Assembly (NCBI GenBank): GCA_964504165.1
Contig: CAZDDH010000004.1
Location: 16,748-80,747, forward strand
Reading direction: 5' to 3'
DNA length: 64,000 nt
From: an uncultured Rickettsiales bacterium
Lineage (GTDB): Bacteria; Myxococcota_A; UBA796; UBA9615; CAYRNR01
The number at the start of each line of letters is the position of its first letter. Position 1 is the stretch's first letter. This document shows positions 48,919 through 57,982 of the stretch, one piece after another. Position numbers and translations under genes: made by a program. The notes below the pieces were generated by a model, which saw nothing but the letters and a program-made list of their open reading frames with translations, was not told the origin of the DNA and did no database searches.

Positions 48919-49497
48919 ATGCCCGACGAACTGGACCTGCGAACCCGCGTGGAGATCGAAACCCTCCACGAATTCCTGGATGAAATATCGTTCTACGCGT
49001 TGCTCCAGCTGCCGGAGACCGCTTCCCGTGACGATATCGAGTTCGCCTTTGCCCAGGAATCCCGCAAGTTCCATCCGGATCGGTTCTTCGGTGTGCGCAA
49101 TCCCCAATTCCTGCGCAACCTCACCGCCATCTACCGCAAGATCTCCGAGGCCCACTCGGTCCTCAAGGATCCAGACCTGAAATCCCGCTACGACCAGAAG
49201 CTGGGCATCACCGGTGCGGCGGGAGGCGAAGACATCTCCAAGGCGGGCCTGGTACAGGAATCTGAGATGGAGGAGAAGGCCCAGCGTATCGTCTGTTCGA
49301 GCCGGCAAGGGCGTCGCTACTACGACCTGGCCATGACCGCCAGGCGGGCCAACGACCTCACCGGAGTCGTGATGAACCTCCAGTTCGCCCTGAGCTTCGA
49401 GGCCGCCAACGAGACCCTCCAGGAAATGCTGGCCCAGGCCAAAACCGATCTCGACAAGCTGAAGGCCAAGGAGAACCTCAAGGTTCGTATGTATTAG
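48919..49497 (+). CDS. J-domain protein (HPD motif) without Zn-finger or DnaJ C-terminal domains.
   Basis: FYALLQLPETASRDDIEFAFAQESRKFHPDRF. 192 aa. Confidence 0.75.
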   Translation: MPDELDLRTRVEIETLHEFLDEISFYALLQLPETASRDDIEFAFAQESRKFHPDRFFGVRNPQFLRNLTAIYRKISEAHSVLKDPDLKSRYDQKLGITGAAGGEDISKAGLVQESEMEEKAQRIVCSSRQGRRYYDLAMTARRANDLTGVVMNLQFALSFEAANETLQEMLAQAKTDLDKLKAKENLKVRMY

Positions 49498-50066
49498 TGC
49501 TCAAGTTGGCCACCCACCGCCCATGTCACCGCCGCATCTCGGCCCCAGCCCTGATCCCGTTTTTGGGACTGGCATTGATGTGGGCCGGCTGCGGGCCGGG
49601 ATCCCCCTCCCCCTACACGCCCGAGAAGGGCAGCGGAGAACTCCAGGCCATCATCGAGTTGGGGGAGGACGGCGGCACGCCATTCCTCGCCAGCGAATGC
49701 CACGCGGCCATCTACTCCCGCGGTACACACACGGATCTGGTCATCCATGCCGGTAGCGACCTGAGCCAGGATGCGGAACGGCTTGCCCTGGCGATGGTCC
49801 TCGACCTGACGGATCCAGCACTCCCCGGCACCATCGACCTGAGCAAGCACGGCGTCCTGCTGATGCAGCTGGACCGCGCAGGGGAGGCCCAGTTGGTGGT
49901 GGACGAAGATCCGCAGGGGACGGCCGAGATCCTCGGTACCCTGGAGCCTGGCCACGAGATCAATGGCACCTTCGGGCTGGAGCTGCACGGGCTGGATGAG
50001 CTGGGGATACGGATGTCGGCCCGGATCGACGGATCGTTCGCGGCGCTGATCGAACCCGCCCTCTAA
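49497..50066 (+). CDS. Hypothetical lipoprotein. Its GTG start overlaps the J-protein stop (TAGTG).
   Basis: Lipobox LGLALMWAGC. Confidence 0.55.
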   Translation: MLKLATHRPCHRRISAPALIPFLGLALMWAGCGPGSPSPYTPEKGSGELQAIIELGEDGGTPFLASECHAAIYSRGTHTDLVIHAGSDLSQDAERLALAMVLDLTDPALPGTIDLSKHGVLLMQLDRAGEAQLVVDEDPQGTAEILGTLEPGHEINGTFGLELHGLDELGIRMSARIDGSFAALIEPAL

Positions 50067-50092
50067 CTCGAGCCTGAGCAGCCACGGCCCAC

Positions 50093-50530
50093 TCACCGTT
50101 CGATCACCAAGGTCACCGGCCCGTCGTTGACCAGATCCACGTGCATATGGGCGCCAAAAACACCACAACCGACCCGGATCCCCTCCCCCCTCAGGACCTC
50201 CGCCACGCGATCCACCAGCGGTTCCGCCTCCTCCGGCCGGGCGGCGGCGACAAAGGATGGCCGCCGTCCTTTCCGGCAATCCCCCAGCAGGGTGAACTGG
50301 CTGACCACCAGGACCTCCCCATCGACGTCGGCAACGGAGCGGTTCATTCGCCCTTGTTCATCCTCAAAAATACGCAGCCCGCCGAGCTTGCGGGCCACCC
50401 AGTCCGCCTGCTCCGTACGGTCGCCTTGTGCCACTCCGACCAGCACCAGCAACCCCCGCCCGATAGCGGCGACCTCGTCACCGGCGACCACGACCCTGCT
50501 AGATGTCACCCGCTGAACCACGATACGCAC
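50093..50530 (-). CDS. dtd: D-aminoacyl-tRNA deacylase.
   Basis: VRIVVQRV..., SQFTLLGD and the C-terminal NDGPVT motif. GTG start with GGAGGAGG RBS. Confidence 0.85.
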   Translation of the reverse strand: MRIVVQRVTSSRVVVAGDEVAAIGRGLLVLVGVAQGDRTEQADWVARKLGGLRIFEDEQGRMNRSVADVDGEVLVVSQFTLLGDCRKGRRPSFVAAARPEEAEPLVDRVAEVLRGEGIRVGCGVFGAHMHVDLVNDGPVTLVIER

Positions 50531-50667
50531 CCTGAAACCTCCTCCTGCCCGGTTATTCCACCGGGCTCGACGCCAGGGAAACAACTCCCTGTGATAGAAT
50601 GCGCGCAAATGAATCCAGGGAAAAGTGGGCCTCAGAAAAGAGCTCACCACAGGTAGTTCGGACCCAC

Positions 50668-51945
50668 ATGAGCGATGTAAAACCACTCGATGATCTTCTG
50701 GAAGAGCTAGAAAATCTACCAGACCTCGATGACGAGGAAGAGTCGAATTCCGCCGCCGGATTCATCCAGCAGCAGATCAACTACCGGGAATACCCCGTCC
50801 TCGTCGTGGACGACGAGGAGGAAAACCTCCTCGCGTTCCAGCTGAATTTCCGCCACGACTTCTTGCTGGACACCGCCATCAGCGCCGCGGATGCCCTCAC
50901 CCTGCTCACCAAGAAGGAGTACGCGGTGGTGGTCACCGACCAGCGTATGCCGGGCATGACCGGCGTCGAGCTGCTGGAAAAGACGGTCGACCTGTACCCC
51001 CAGCTGATCCGCATCATCGTCACCGGTTACACGGACAACCAGAGCCTCATCGACGCCATCAACATGGGGCGCATCTACAAGTACATCACCAAGCCGTGGG
51101 CCCGCAACGACATGTCGGTGACCATCAAGCGGGCCATCGAGGCGTACCGCCTGGCCAAGGAGAACGACCGCCTACTGCGGGAGCTCAAGAGCAAGAACGA
51201 GGAGCTGGAGGCCAAGGTCGAGGAGCGCACGCGCAAGCTGCGCGAGGCCAACACCAAGCTGCACCAACTGGCCATCACCGATGGCCTGACGGGCCTGTTC
51301 AACCACCGCTACTTCCAGGAGAAGTGGCGGGAGGAGATCAAGCGCTCCGAACGCTACGGTGAGCCCGTGTCCCTGATCATCATGGACGTGGACAACTTCA
51401 AGAACTACAACGACCGGCGCGGTCATCCCCAGGGGGATGTGCTGTTGCGTGACCTGGCCATGCTGCTGGAACAGAGCTGCCGCGAGGTGGATGTGGTCTC
51501 CCGCTACGGGGGCGAAGAATTTGCCATCATCCTGCCCCGCACCGGCAAGCCCGATTCCGCGCGCCTGGCCGAACGGATCCGCGCCCGCATCGAGGACTCC
51601 CCGTTCCCGCACCGGGAGGTCCAGCCGGGCAAACGCCTGACCTGCTCGTTCGGGCTGGCCGCCTTCCCCGAGGACGGTGCCACCGCCTCGACGGTCCTGG
51701 AACGGTCCGATCAGGCGCTCTATGCCGCCAAGCAGGGAGGCCGCAATCAGGTCGTCGTGTACCAGCCCGGCCTTCCGATGCCGTCCCCCGACTCTCCCGT
51801 GGTCACGAGCTCCGATATCCCAGGGGGTTCCACGTCCGGCGACCCCGAAGATTACGCGGACGGCGACGGCGCCAAATCCGAGGACTCACTGTTCGACGAT
51901 CTGCCGTCCAGTGCCATCGACATGATCGAGCCCAAAGACAAGTAG
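50668..51945 (+). CDS. Response-regulator receiver plus GGDEF diguanylate cyclase.
   Basis: The REC domain ([11 protein letters not shown]...D) is followed by a coiled-coil and GGDEF (RYGGEEF). An alternative start lies at 50599. Confidence 0.85.
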   Translation: MSDVKPLDDLLEELENLPDLDDEEESNSAAGFIQQQINYREYPVLVVDDEEENLLAFQLNFRHDFLLDTAISAADALTLLTKKEYAVVVTDQRMPGMTGVELLEKTVDLYPQLIRIIVTGYTDNQSLIDAINMGRIYKYITKPWARNDMSVTIKRAIEAYRLAKENDRLLRELKSKNEELEAKVEERTRKLREANTKLHQLAITDGLTGLFNHRYFQEKWREEIKRSERYGEPVSLIIMDVDNFKNYNDRRGHPQGDVLLRDLAMLLEQSCREVDVVSRYGGEEFAIILPRTGKPDSARLAERIRARIEDSPFPHREVQPGKRLTCSFGLAAFPEDGATASTVLERSDQALYAAKQGGRNQVVVYQPGLPMPSPDSPVVTSSDIPGGSTSGDPEDYADGDGAKSEDSLFDDLPSSAIDMIEPKDK

Positions 51946-52015
51946 CCGGGCCAAACCGGCGTTCTTGCTGGAAACCACACAAAGAATCTGTATCCTGCGT
52001 AAACAGGAGACAGAC

Positions 52016-53452
52016 ATGCGCTCGAAACTTGTCACCGAATTTGCACTCCTCGTCCTTCTGGCGGGGCTCGCTGCCTTCGTGGGGGCGTGCCAAGACTACA
52101 ACGTGGCCCTGCTGCCCGGTTACCTTGGGAAAGAGTTCTACGCGGTCGATCTGAACAACTTTGATGGCAGCGGATTTCTGAATCCGTCTTCCGACGAGGC
52201 TCAGTTCGCGGTCACGGTCAGCAACCCGGACAACAGTGCTGGCGAAGCCACCGTGAAGATCAAGCAACTGGGCGGCGATGGCGTCTCGACGACGGAGCAC
52301 ATCTCGGCGGGCGACCTGGAAATCTTCGATCTGCCACGCTGGGACGCGGAAGACAGCTTCCTGGGAGAGCGGTCGTACTTCATCGAGAGCACGGTTCCCG
52401 TGACCGCACACCAATTCAACCCAGCGAACAACGAGGGTGTGTATTCCAACGATGCCTCTCTGCTCATCCCAGTGCCTTCTCTGGGAACTCGCTATCGAGC
52501 GGCCTGCTGGCCATTCGCCCAAGAAGCGTATCAGCTAGAAGACATCTATGGCGCAGCGGACTACATCACCGTGGTGGCCTCGGAGAATGAGACAACGGTC
52601 ACTATCCAACCGGCGGCCAACATTCGTGAGGGTGACGGCGTCGACGCTGTGCAAGTAGGAGCCACCCTCATTCGCACACTCAACAGCGGAGACGTACTGC
52701 AGGTCGAGAGTGACTGGCTGGGGTTGGATAATCCGCCAACAGATCTGACCGGCTCGCTGGTGACCGCTGATAAACCTGTTGCTGTCTTCACGGGTAACGA
52801 GTGCGCGTTGGTTCCAGCGGGAATCGAAGCGTGTGACCACATCGAGGAACAGATCTTCCCCGTGAATTTCTGGGGTTCACATTATTTCGTGGTCAAGTTC
52901 GAGCCGCGCAAGACCGAAAACGATGTGTTTCGCATCATCGCCGACGAGGATGGAACCGCAGTAGATACCATTCCCAATCTCGAAGGATTCCCACTCTCTT
53001 TGGGCGCAGGCGAATTCTACCAATTCGAATATGACGGTGACTTCGAGGTCACGGCCAACGCCCCGGTCAGCGTGATTCAGTACATGACGGGAGCCGCGTA
53101 TTGTGGTGACGATGATCCCACAGCCACCGGCGACCCGGCGATGCTAGTGGTCATTCCCGAAGAGCAATTCATCGATGATTACATTTTCCTCACACCAGCC
53201 AACTACGTGCAGGATTACATCACGGTAGTCGCAACCACCGGTACGACGGTCATACTCGATGGTGAAGAGGTCGAGGATTCACTGTGGGTCGATTTCCCGT
53301 CCGGCGACGCCATGCGAGCTAGGGTCCCCGTCAATGCTGGCGTCCATCACTTGACCGCGGACAAGAATGTGGGCGTTGTCGCCTATGGGTTTGACCGCGC
53401 AGTCAGCTACGCCTACCCCGGCGGCGCAGCCCTCGAACCCCAGGAACAATAG
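52016..53452 (+). CDS. Hypothetical lipoprotein, possibly beta-helix or IgGFc-binding-N-terminal-like.
   Basis: Lipobox LLVLLAGLAAFVGAC. AGGAGA RBS. Confidence 0.6.
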   Translation: MRSKLVTEFALLVLLAGLAAFVGACQDYNVALLPGYLGKEFYAVDLNNFDGSGFLNPSSDEAQFAVTVSNPDNSAGEATVKIKQLGGDGVSTTEHISAGDLEIFDLPRWDAEDSFLGERSYFIESTVPVTAHQFNPANNEGVYSNDASLLIPVPSLGTRYRAACWPFAQEAYQLEDIYGAADYITVVASENETTVTIQPAANIREGDGVDAVQVGATLIRTLNSGDVLQVESDWLGLDNPPTDLTGSLVTADKPVAVFTGNECALVPAGIEACDHIEEQIFPVNFWGSHYFVVKFEPRKTENDVFRIIADEDGTAVDTIPNLEGFPLSLGAGEFYQFEYDGDFEVTANAPVSVIQYMTGAAYCGDDDPTATGDPAMLVVIPEEQFIDDYIFLTPANYVQDYITVVATTGTTVILDGEEVEDSLWVDFPSGDAMRARVPVNAGVHHLTADKNVGVVAYGFDRAVSYAYPGGAALEPQEQ

Positions 53453-53475
53453 CACTGCGGAGCCGGCAGACTCCC

Positions 53476-53811
53476 CTACTTCTCGCTCTCCTTGACCCCC
53501 AGCAATTCACCCAGGTGGCCGAAGAAGCCGCTGCGATCCTTGCCGGCGAGGGTGGTGAGCTCCCCCTTGTCCAGGTAGACACCGCCACAGACGGGGCAGC
53601 GCTCGATCTCCACGCCACGGAAGCCCATCGTCTCCATGACGTTGCCGCACTTGGCGCAGCGCATCCAGTGCGCCTGCTTGAGCTCTTCGGCCTCTTCGAC
53701 GGCCTTCTCGTCCTCTCGCTTGGCGGCGAGCTTGTAGAGCTTCTCCTGATCCTGGCGCTGGAAGTAGTCGTGCTCCTCCGGAGCGGGTTTCTTGGTCTTT
53801 CCGGTGGCCAT
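53476..53811 (-). CDS. Small zinc-ribbon protein (CxxC-N16-CxxC).
   Basis: WMRCAKCGNVMETMGFRGVEIERCPVCGGVYLDKGEL. Confidence 0.6.
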   Translation of the reverse strand: MATGKTKKPAPEEHDYFQRQDQEKLYKLAAKREDEKAVEEAEELKQAHWMRCAKCGNVMETMGFRGVEIERCPVCGGVYLDKGELTTLAGKDRSGFFGHLGELLGVKESEK

Positions 53812-53878
53812 CTGATGATCTCCCGAGCGGCGGTTGCCGCATCGTAGGGTTGGTCACAAAAAAAGAGGGCTACCCGCA

Positions 53879-56089
53879 CTAGCCGGCGGGGCCGTCTCTC
53901 ATCTCCAGCAGTCGCCGCAGCAGGATGCGCACCTCGGCGGCTTCCCGTCCCTCCGGCGCCAAGCCGATATAGGTCTGGTACTCGTTGATGGCGTCGTCGG
54001 TGCGGCCAAGGCCCTCGTAGGACAGCCCCAGCCCGTAATGGTTTTCGGCATCCATCGAGTTCAGATTGACCGCCTTGCGGAAATGCTCCGCCGCCCGGCT
54101 GTTGTTGCCCAGTTCGATGTAGGACCAGCCCAGCCCCTTCTGCGCATTGGCATTGGAAGGGCTGGCGGCCAGGATCTTGTTGAACTCGGCGATGGCCTCG
54201 GTGTGCTGCCCGCCGCTGGCGAGCCGCATCGCCCGGGACATGTCCCCCGGATCCGCCGGAGGCTCGGGCGTCGGCTCCTCGACCGGCTCTGCGAACGACA
54301 CGATGCCGTCGTCCTCCTCCGGGTCGTCGGCCGGTGGTGTCGGCTCCTCGGCAGGCGTTTCTTCCTCGACCTCCGGATCCTCGGCGGGGTCCTCGACCGG
54401 GTCGGTGGGCGTGGGCTCCTCGCCGTTGTCCGCGAGGGCGTCCGTCGGTGCCTCCGCCTCGGTGGGCTCCGTCTCCGTCGGTGTCTCCACCTCGGCCGGC
54501 GTGAGCGAGTCGTTGGACGGATTGGTGAACTGTTCTTCGGTGGTCTGACGCATGTTGTGGACGGCATAGCCGGCGCCGACGAGGATCGCCGCGATGACGA
54601 TCACGCCCCCGATGATCCAGGGCAACATCGTGGGCCCGGGCTCGTCGTCCTCGTCTTCTTCGTCATCATCGAAGGCCTGCCCGAAATCGTCCCCCTCCCA
54701 AACCTCGTCTTGCGGATCGCCCTCCTCATCCTCGCTGAAGGCATCCTCGAACTTCTTGAAATCCCCGTCCAAGCTTTCCTCTTCGCTCGTTGGGGAGATG
54801 GCCTTGGGGGTCTCTTCGACGCCACGGCCGACGCTGGCCTCGTCCTCTTCGCTCTCCGGCTCCCCGTCGCCCCCATCGCCGACGTCCGACAGGTCCGCCG
54901 TGGTGGGCGACTGCCCCATGTCGGCGCCGGGCTCCTCGATGATGCTCTGAGCCGCCGGGTCGAACCAGGGCTCTACCACGTCCTCGGACGCGATCTTGGA
55001 TACCGCATCGATGGCGCCCGCAGGGATCGGGGTGCCCGCTTCTTCCTCGCCGCCGGGGATGACCTGCTCCTCGTGTGAGATGTCCGGGTTCGCGGCATCG
55101 AAGAAGACGTCTGCGCTCGACTTTGCTGCCGCATCTTCTGCGGGCGGCTCCGCCGGTTCCTCCGCCGGGGCCTCACCCTCGGCCGCGTGGACCACCGGTT
55201 CGGCCGCCGGGCCGGCCTCGGCGGCCATCTCTTGGCCCAGACTCTCCGGCTCCACGACCTCTTCGTGTGGGGCCGCCGCCGCCTGCTCCAGATCCCGCCA
55301 GGAGTCTGCAAACTCCTGCTCCGCCGCGCTGTCGGCCACTTCGTCCACCGGTGTGGCCGGCGGCGGGCCCGGGGCGTCGTCCACGGACGGGGTCACCCGG
55401 CCGGGGTCGCCCATCAGCGACGAAAAGGAAGTGTCCGGTTCGACGATGTCGGCGCCCGGTTCGGGGAAACCGGCCGGGACCAGGTCTTCGTCCGAGTCCA
55501 GCGGAGCATCGGCCAGATCCTCCGGAGCAAAGGCCACCAGCGTCCGGGCCTCCCCCTCGTCGGGCATGCTGGCCATCACCTCGTGGGTGGGGTGCACCTG
55601 TGGCGCCTCGAACTCATCGTCGTCGTCGTGGACCGGAGGCTCCTCCACCATCAGCATCTCGCGCGTCTCGTAGACCTTGAGATGCTCCCGAGTCTGCAGG
55701 AGTTCCCGCCGCGTCTCCCGCAGCTGGCGCAACACCGCAAAGAAAGCCCGTAGCTGGCTCAGCCTGCTGGCCAGCTCCCAGCTCTCACCGTCGGCCGATA
55801 CCTCGTCGGTGGCCAGTACCCGCTTCTCGATGACCCACCGCTGCAGCAGGGACAGGTCGCGGACCGTGTAGACTCTCCCCTCCTGCCGAAGGTAGAGCAC
55901 CTTCTTGGTGAGCTTACCGATCTTGCGCTTCTTCTTTGTGCTGGACTCCTTGAGGGCCGGTCCGGTCTTGGGACGATGGATGGTGAATACGTGCTCGCAG
56001 TTGGAGCACTTCACCTTGGCCCCACGGCTAGGGATACGATCGTCCTGGAAGGCGTATTCGCTCTCGCAACTGGGGCAGGTGATTCGCAC
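53879..56089 (-). CDS. Bitopic protein with an N-terminal MJ0042-type zinc ribbon, a GYF-like (DUF4339-like) segment, a long acidic disordered linker, a single TM helix and C-terminal TPR repeats.
   Basis: ITCPSCESEYAF...KVKCSNCEHVFTI, then YLRQEGRVYTVRDLSLLQRWV. More than 350 aa of Asp/Glu/Pro-rich sequence. TM LPWIIGGVIVIAAILVGAGYAV. TPR-like tail. Confidence 0.7.
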   Translation of the reverse strand: MRITCPSCESEYAFQDDRIPSRGAKVKCSNCEHVFTIHRPKTGPALKESSTKKKRKIGKLTKKVLYLRQEGRVYTVRDLSLLQRWVIEKRVLATDEVSADGESWELASRLSQLRAFFAVLRQLRETRRELLQTREHLKVYETREMLMVEEPPVHDDDDEFEAPQVHPTHEVMASMPDEGEARTLVAFAPEDLADAPLDSDEDLVPAGFPEPGADIVEPDTSFSSLMGDPGRVTPSVDDAPGPPPATPVDEVADSAAEQEFADSWRDLEQAAAAPHEEVVEPESLGQEMAAEAGPAAEPVVHAAEGEAPAEEPAEPPAEDAAAKSSADVFFDAANPDISHEEQVIPGGEEEAGTPIPAGAIDAVSKIASEDVVEPWFDPAAQSIIEEPGADMGQSPTTADLSDVGDGGDGEPESEEDEASVGRGVEETPKAISPTSEEESLDGDFKKFEDAFSEDEEGDPQDEVWEGDDFGQAFDDDEEDEDDEPGPTMLPWIIGGVIVIAAILVGAGYAVHNMRQTTEEQFTNPSNDSLTPAEVETPTETEPTEAEAPTDALADNGEEPTPTDPVEDPAEDPEVEEETPAEEPTPPADDPEEDDGIVSFAEPVEEPTPEPPADPGDMSRAMRLASGGQHTEAIAEFNKILAASPSNANAQKGLGWSYIELGNNSRAAEHFRKAVNLNSMDAENHYGLGLSYEGLGRTDDAINEYQTYIGLAPEGREAAEVRILLRRLLEMRDGPAG

Positions 56090-56141
56090 GGCCCGATTCT
56101 ACCTTCTCTGCTCCACAGGGGAAACGCCGAACCCTTTTCTG

Positions 56142-57794
56142 CTAGTTACCCTCGATCTGATCGAGCAGCTTCTGGGCGTCCGGATAGGTGGAGGCTGCCT
56201 TCTTGAGCGGCCCTTTGGCAGCCCCATCTTGCCCACACTGGTGGTAGGCCTGACCGAGCTTGAAATTGAACGTCGAGTTGGACGGATTCATGCTGACAGC
56301 GAGCTTCAGGTGCCCGATGGCCTCGTTGCAGTTGCCGCTGGCCAGAGCCATGTCCCCCAGCATGAACCAGTCGTCCGCCGTGGCGTCGTCTTCCTCCGTA
56401 CTGGGCTCCTCGACCGGGGCGGGTGTCTTCTCTTCCTGGCGTTCCACCACGGGCTCTTCGCGCGGCGTATCCCGTTCTGCTGGCGGCGTGATCTCAGGCT
56501 CCGGCGTGACGTCCTTTGGCGTGACCTGCTCGAGGGGAGCCGTCTCCGGATCGCTCGATCCGTTGATCTTCTGCGCCGTCCCGTCGGCGACGAATTCCTC
56601 GTCCCCATCGGGGATGACCCCGTCCGACCCGCCTTCTTCCTCGCGGATCCGGTCCTGCTGCTCCTTGAGCTGCCGGTCGATCTTCTCTCGCGCCTCGTCC
56701 CGCAGGCTGGAATCTTCCGCACCTCCGGAGGCCTGGCCGCCGCCCCCCGGGGCTGGGGTCGTGGTCGCGGGTGGGCCTCCGCGCAGGGCGAAGATGACCA
56801 CCACGACGATGACCACGCCGACCAGGGCAACCCCGTAAAATACCGGCGGTTTGAGCCCCATGATGCGCGGTTCACCGGCGGCCTTCTTGCGGGTCCGGTG
56901 CCGCGGCGGCTTCTTCAGATCAACCTTGAAGCCGCTTGCGGATGGATCGCTGCCCGCCCCACTGGAGTCTTCCGATACCGAGGCTTCGGTATCCGACGAA
57001 GCCGGCGTCCTACGCTCGGCACCCGCACCGGTGACGGACGGGGTCGGGGTGCCGGCATCCGCTGCGGCTTCCTGCCCCGAGGCCTCCCGCTTCTTGTCCG
57101 AGTAGACCTTGAGCAAGAAGCGCTCGAGTTCCTCGTCATTGCCCACGGGCGACCAGTTCGTACCGTCGAAGGAGATCTGATCTCCGGGGGTGATCTTCTT
57201 TTCCTGGATGTAGCGATAGAGCGTCTGCACGTCGCTGAAATCGTAAACCAGCCCGATGGCGACCTTGACCTTCCACGTGGTGACACCGACGGCCTTGAAA
57301 TCGAGGCTCTCCGCCTTGAGCGGTGTGCCCATGTCGAAGGAGGTGTCCGGGGCCGATGGGGCGGGACTGGCCTCCGGAGTAGCCGGAGATGGCGGCGGAT
57401 CGACAGGGGTCGTGGGGGTCCCCGCTGGACGCCGGTGGCGCCGGCGTACGCCACGGGTACGGGTCGTCGGCGCGGCTTCGTTCGTCGCACCCTTGCCGAA
57501 GATATCTTCGGCCCTCAGGCTGCCGGGGACCTGGCTCCCCGCGGCCGGAGAGTCGTGATCGCTGATGGATGCAGGGCCCGGGGGGGTCACGTTACGGGCT
57601 GGCGCGGCCGGCTGAGGCTGCTCGGTCTCGGGGGGACTCGCCGCAGCGGGGCTCTTGGGGTCCTCCTCGACATCCTTGCTGAAGATGACGAAGACATGCG
57701 AGCAGCGTGGGCAGGTGATCTTGGCGCCGCGCCCTTTGATTTTGCGGCCCGGCATCTTGTAACGAGCTTTGCAGCTTGGGCAGGTGATTACCAT
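56142..57794 (-). CDS. Paralog of the upstream gene: MJ0042 zinc ribbon, GYF-like segment, Pro/Ala-rich disordered region, one TM helix and C-terminal TPR repeats.
   Basis: ITCPSCKARYKMP...KITCPRCSHVFVI, then ITPGDQISFDGTNWSPVGNDEELERF. TM VFYGVALVGVVIVVVVIFAL. TPR tail. Confidence 0.7.
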   Translation of the reverse strand: MVITCPSCKARYKMPGRKIKGRGAKITCPRCSHVFVIFSKDVEEDPKSPAAASPPETEQPQPAAPARNVTPPGPASISDHDSPAAGSQVPGSLRAEDIFGKGATNEAAPTTRTRGVRRRHRRPAGTPTTPVDPPPSPATPEASPAPSAPDTSFDMGTPLKAESLDFKAVGVTTWKVKVAIGLVYDFSDVQTLYRYIQEKKITPGDQISFDGTNWSPVGNDEELERFLLKVYSDKKREASGQEAAADAGTPTPSVTGAGAERRTPASSDTEASVSEDSSGAGSDPSASGFKVDLKKPPRHRTRKKAAGEPRIMGLKPPVFYGVALVGVVIVVVVIFALRGGPPATTTPAPGGGGQASGGAEDSSLRDEAREKIDRQLKEQQDRIREEEGGSDGVIPDGDEEFVADGTAQKINGSSDPETAPLEQVTPKDVTPEPEITPPAERDTPREEPVVERQEEKTPAPVEEPSTEEDDATADDWFMLGDMALASGNCNEAIGHLKLAVSMNPSNSTFNFKLGQAYHQCGQDGAAKGPLKKAASTYPDAQKLLDQIEGN

Positions 57795-57982
57795 GTTCGT
57801 CCCGGAGCGGCGATGCGTGGCCGCCTCGTATCTCTATTCAGTCCTTTGGACCTCGCGAAGAGCCGTTTGTTCCATCCAGGTACACTTTCCCCACCCTCTT
57901 CGCCACCCCAAGAATACCACAATGGCCCGCCGGACCGCTGCCCTCACTGGGCCGGGATCGGCGAGAATCGGCATCCTTCTGA

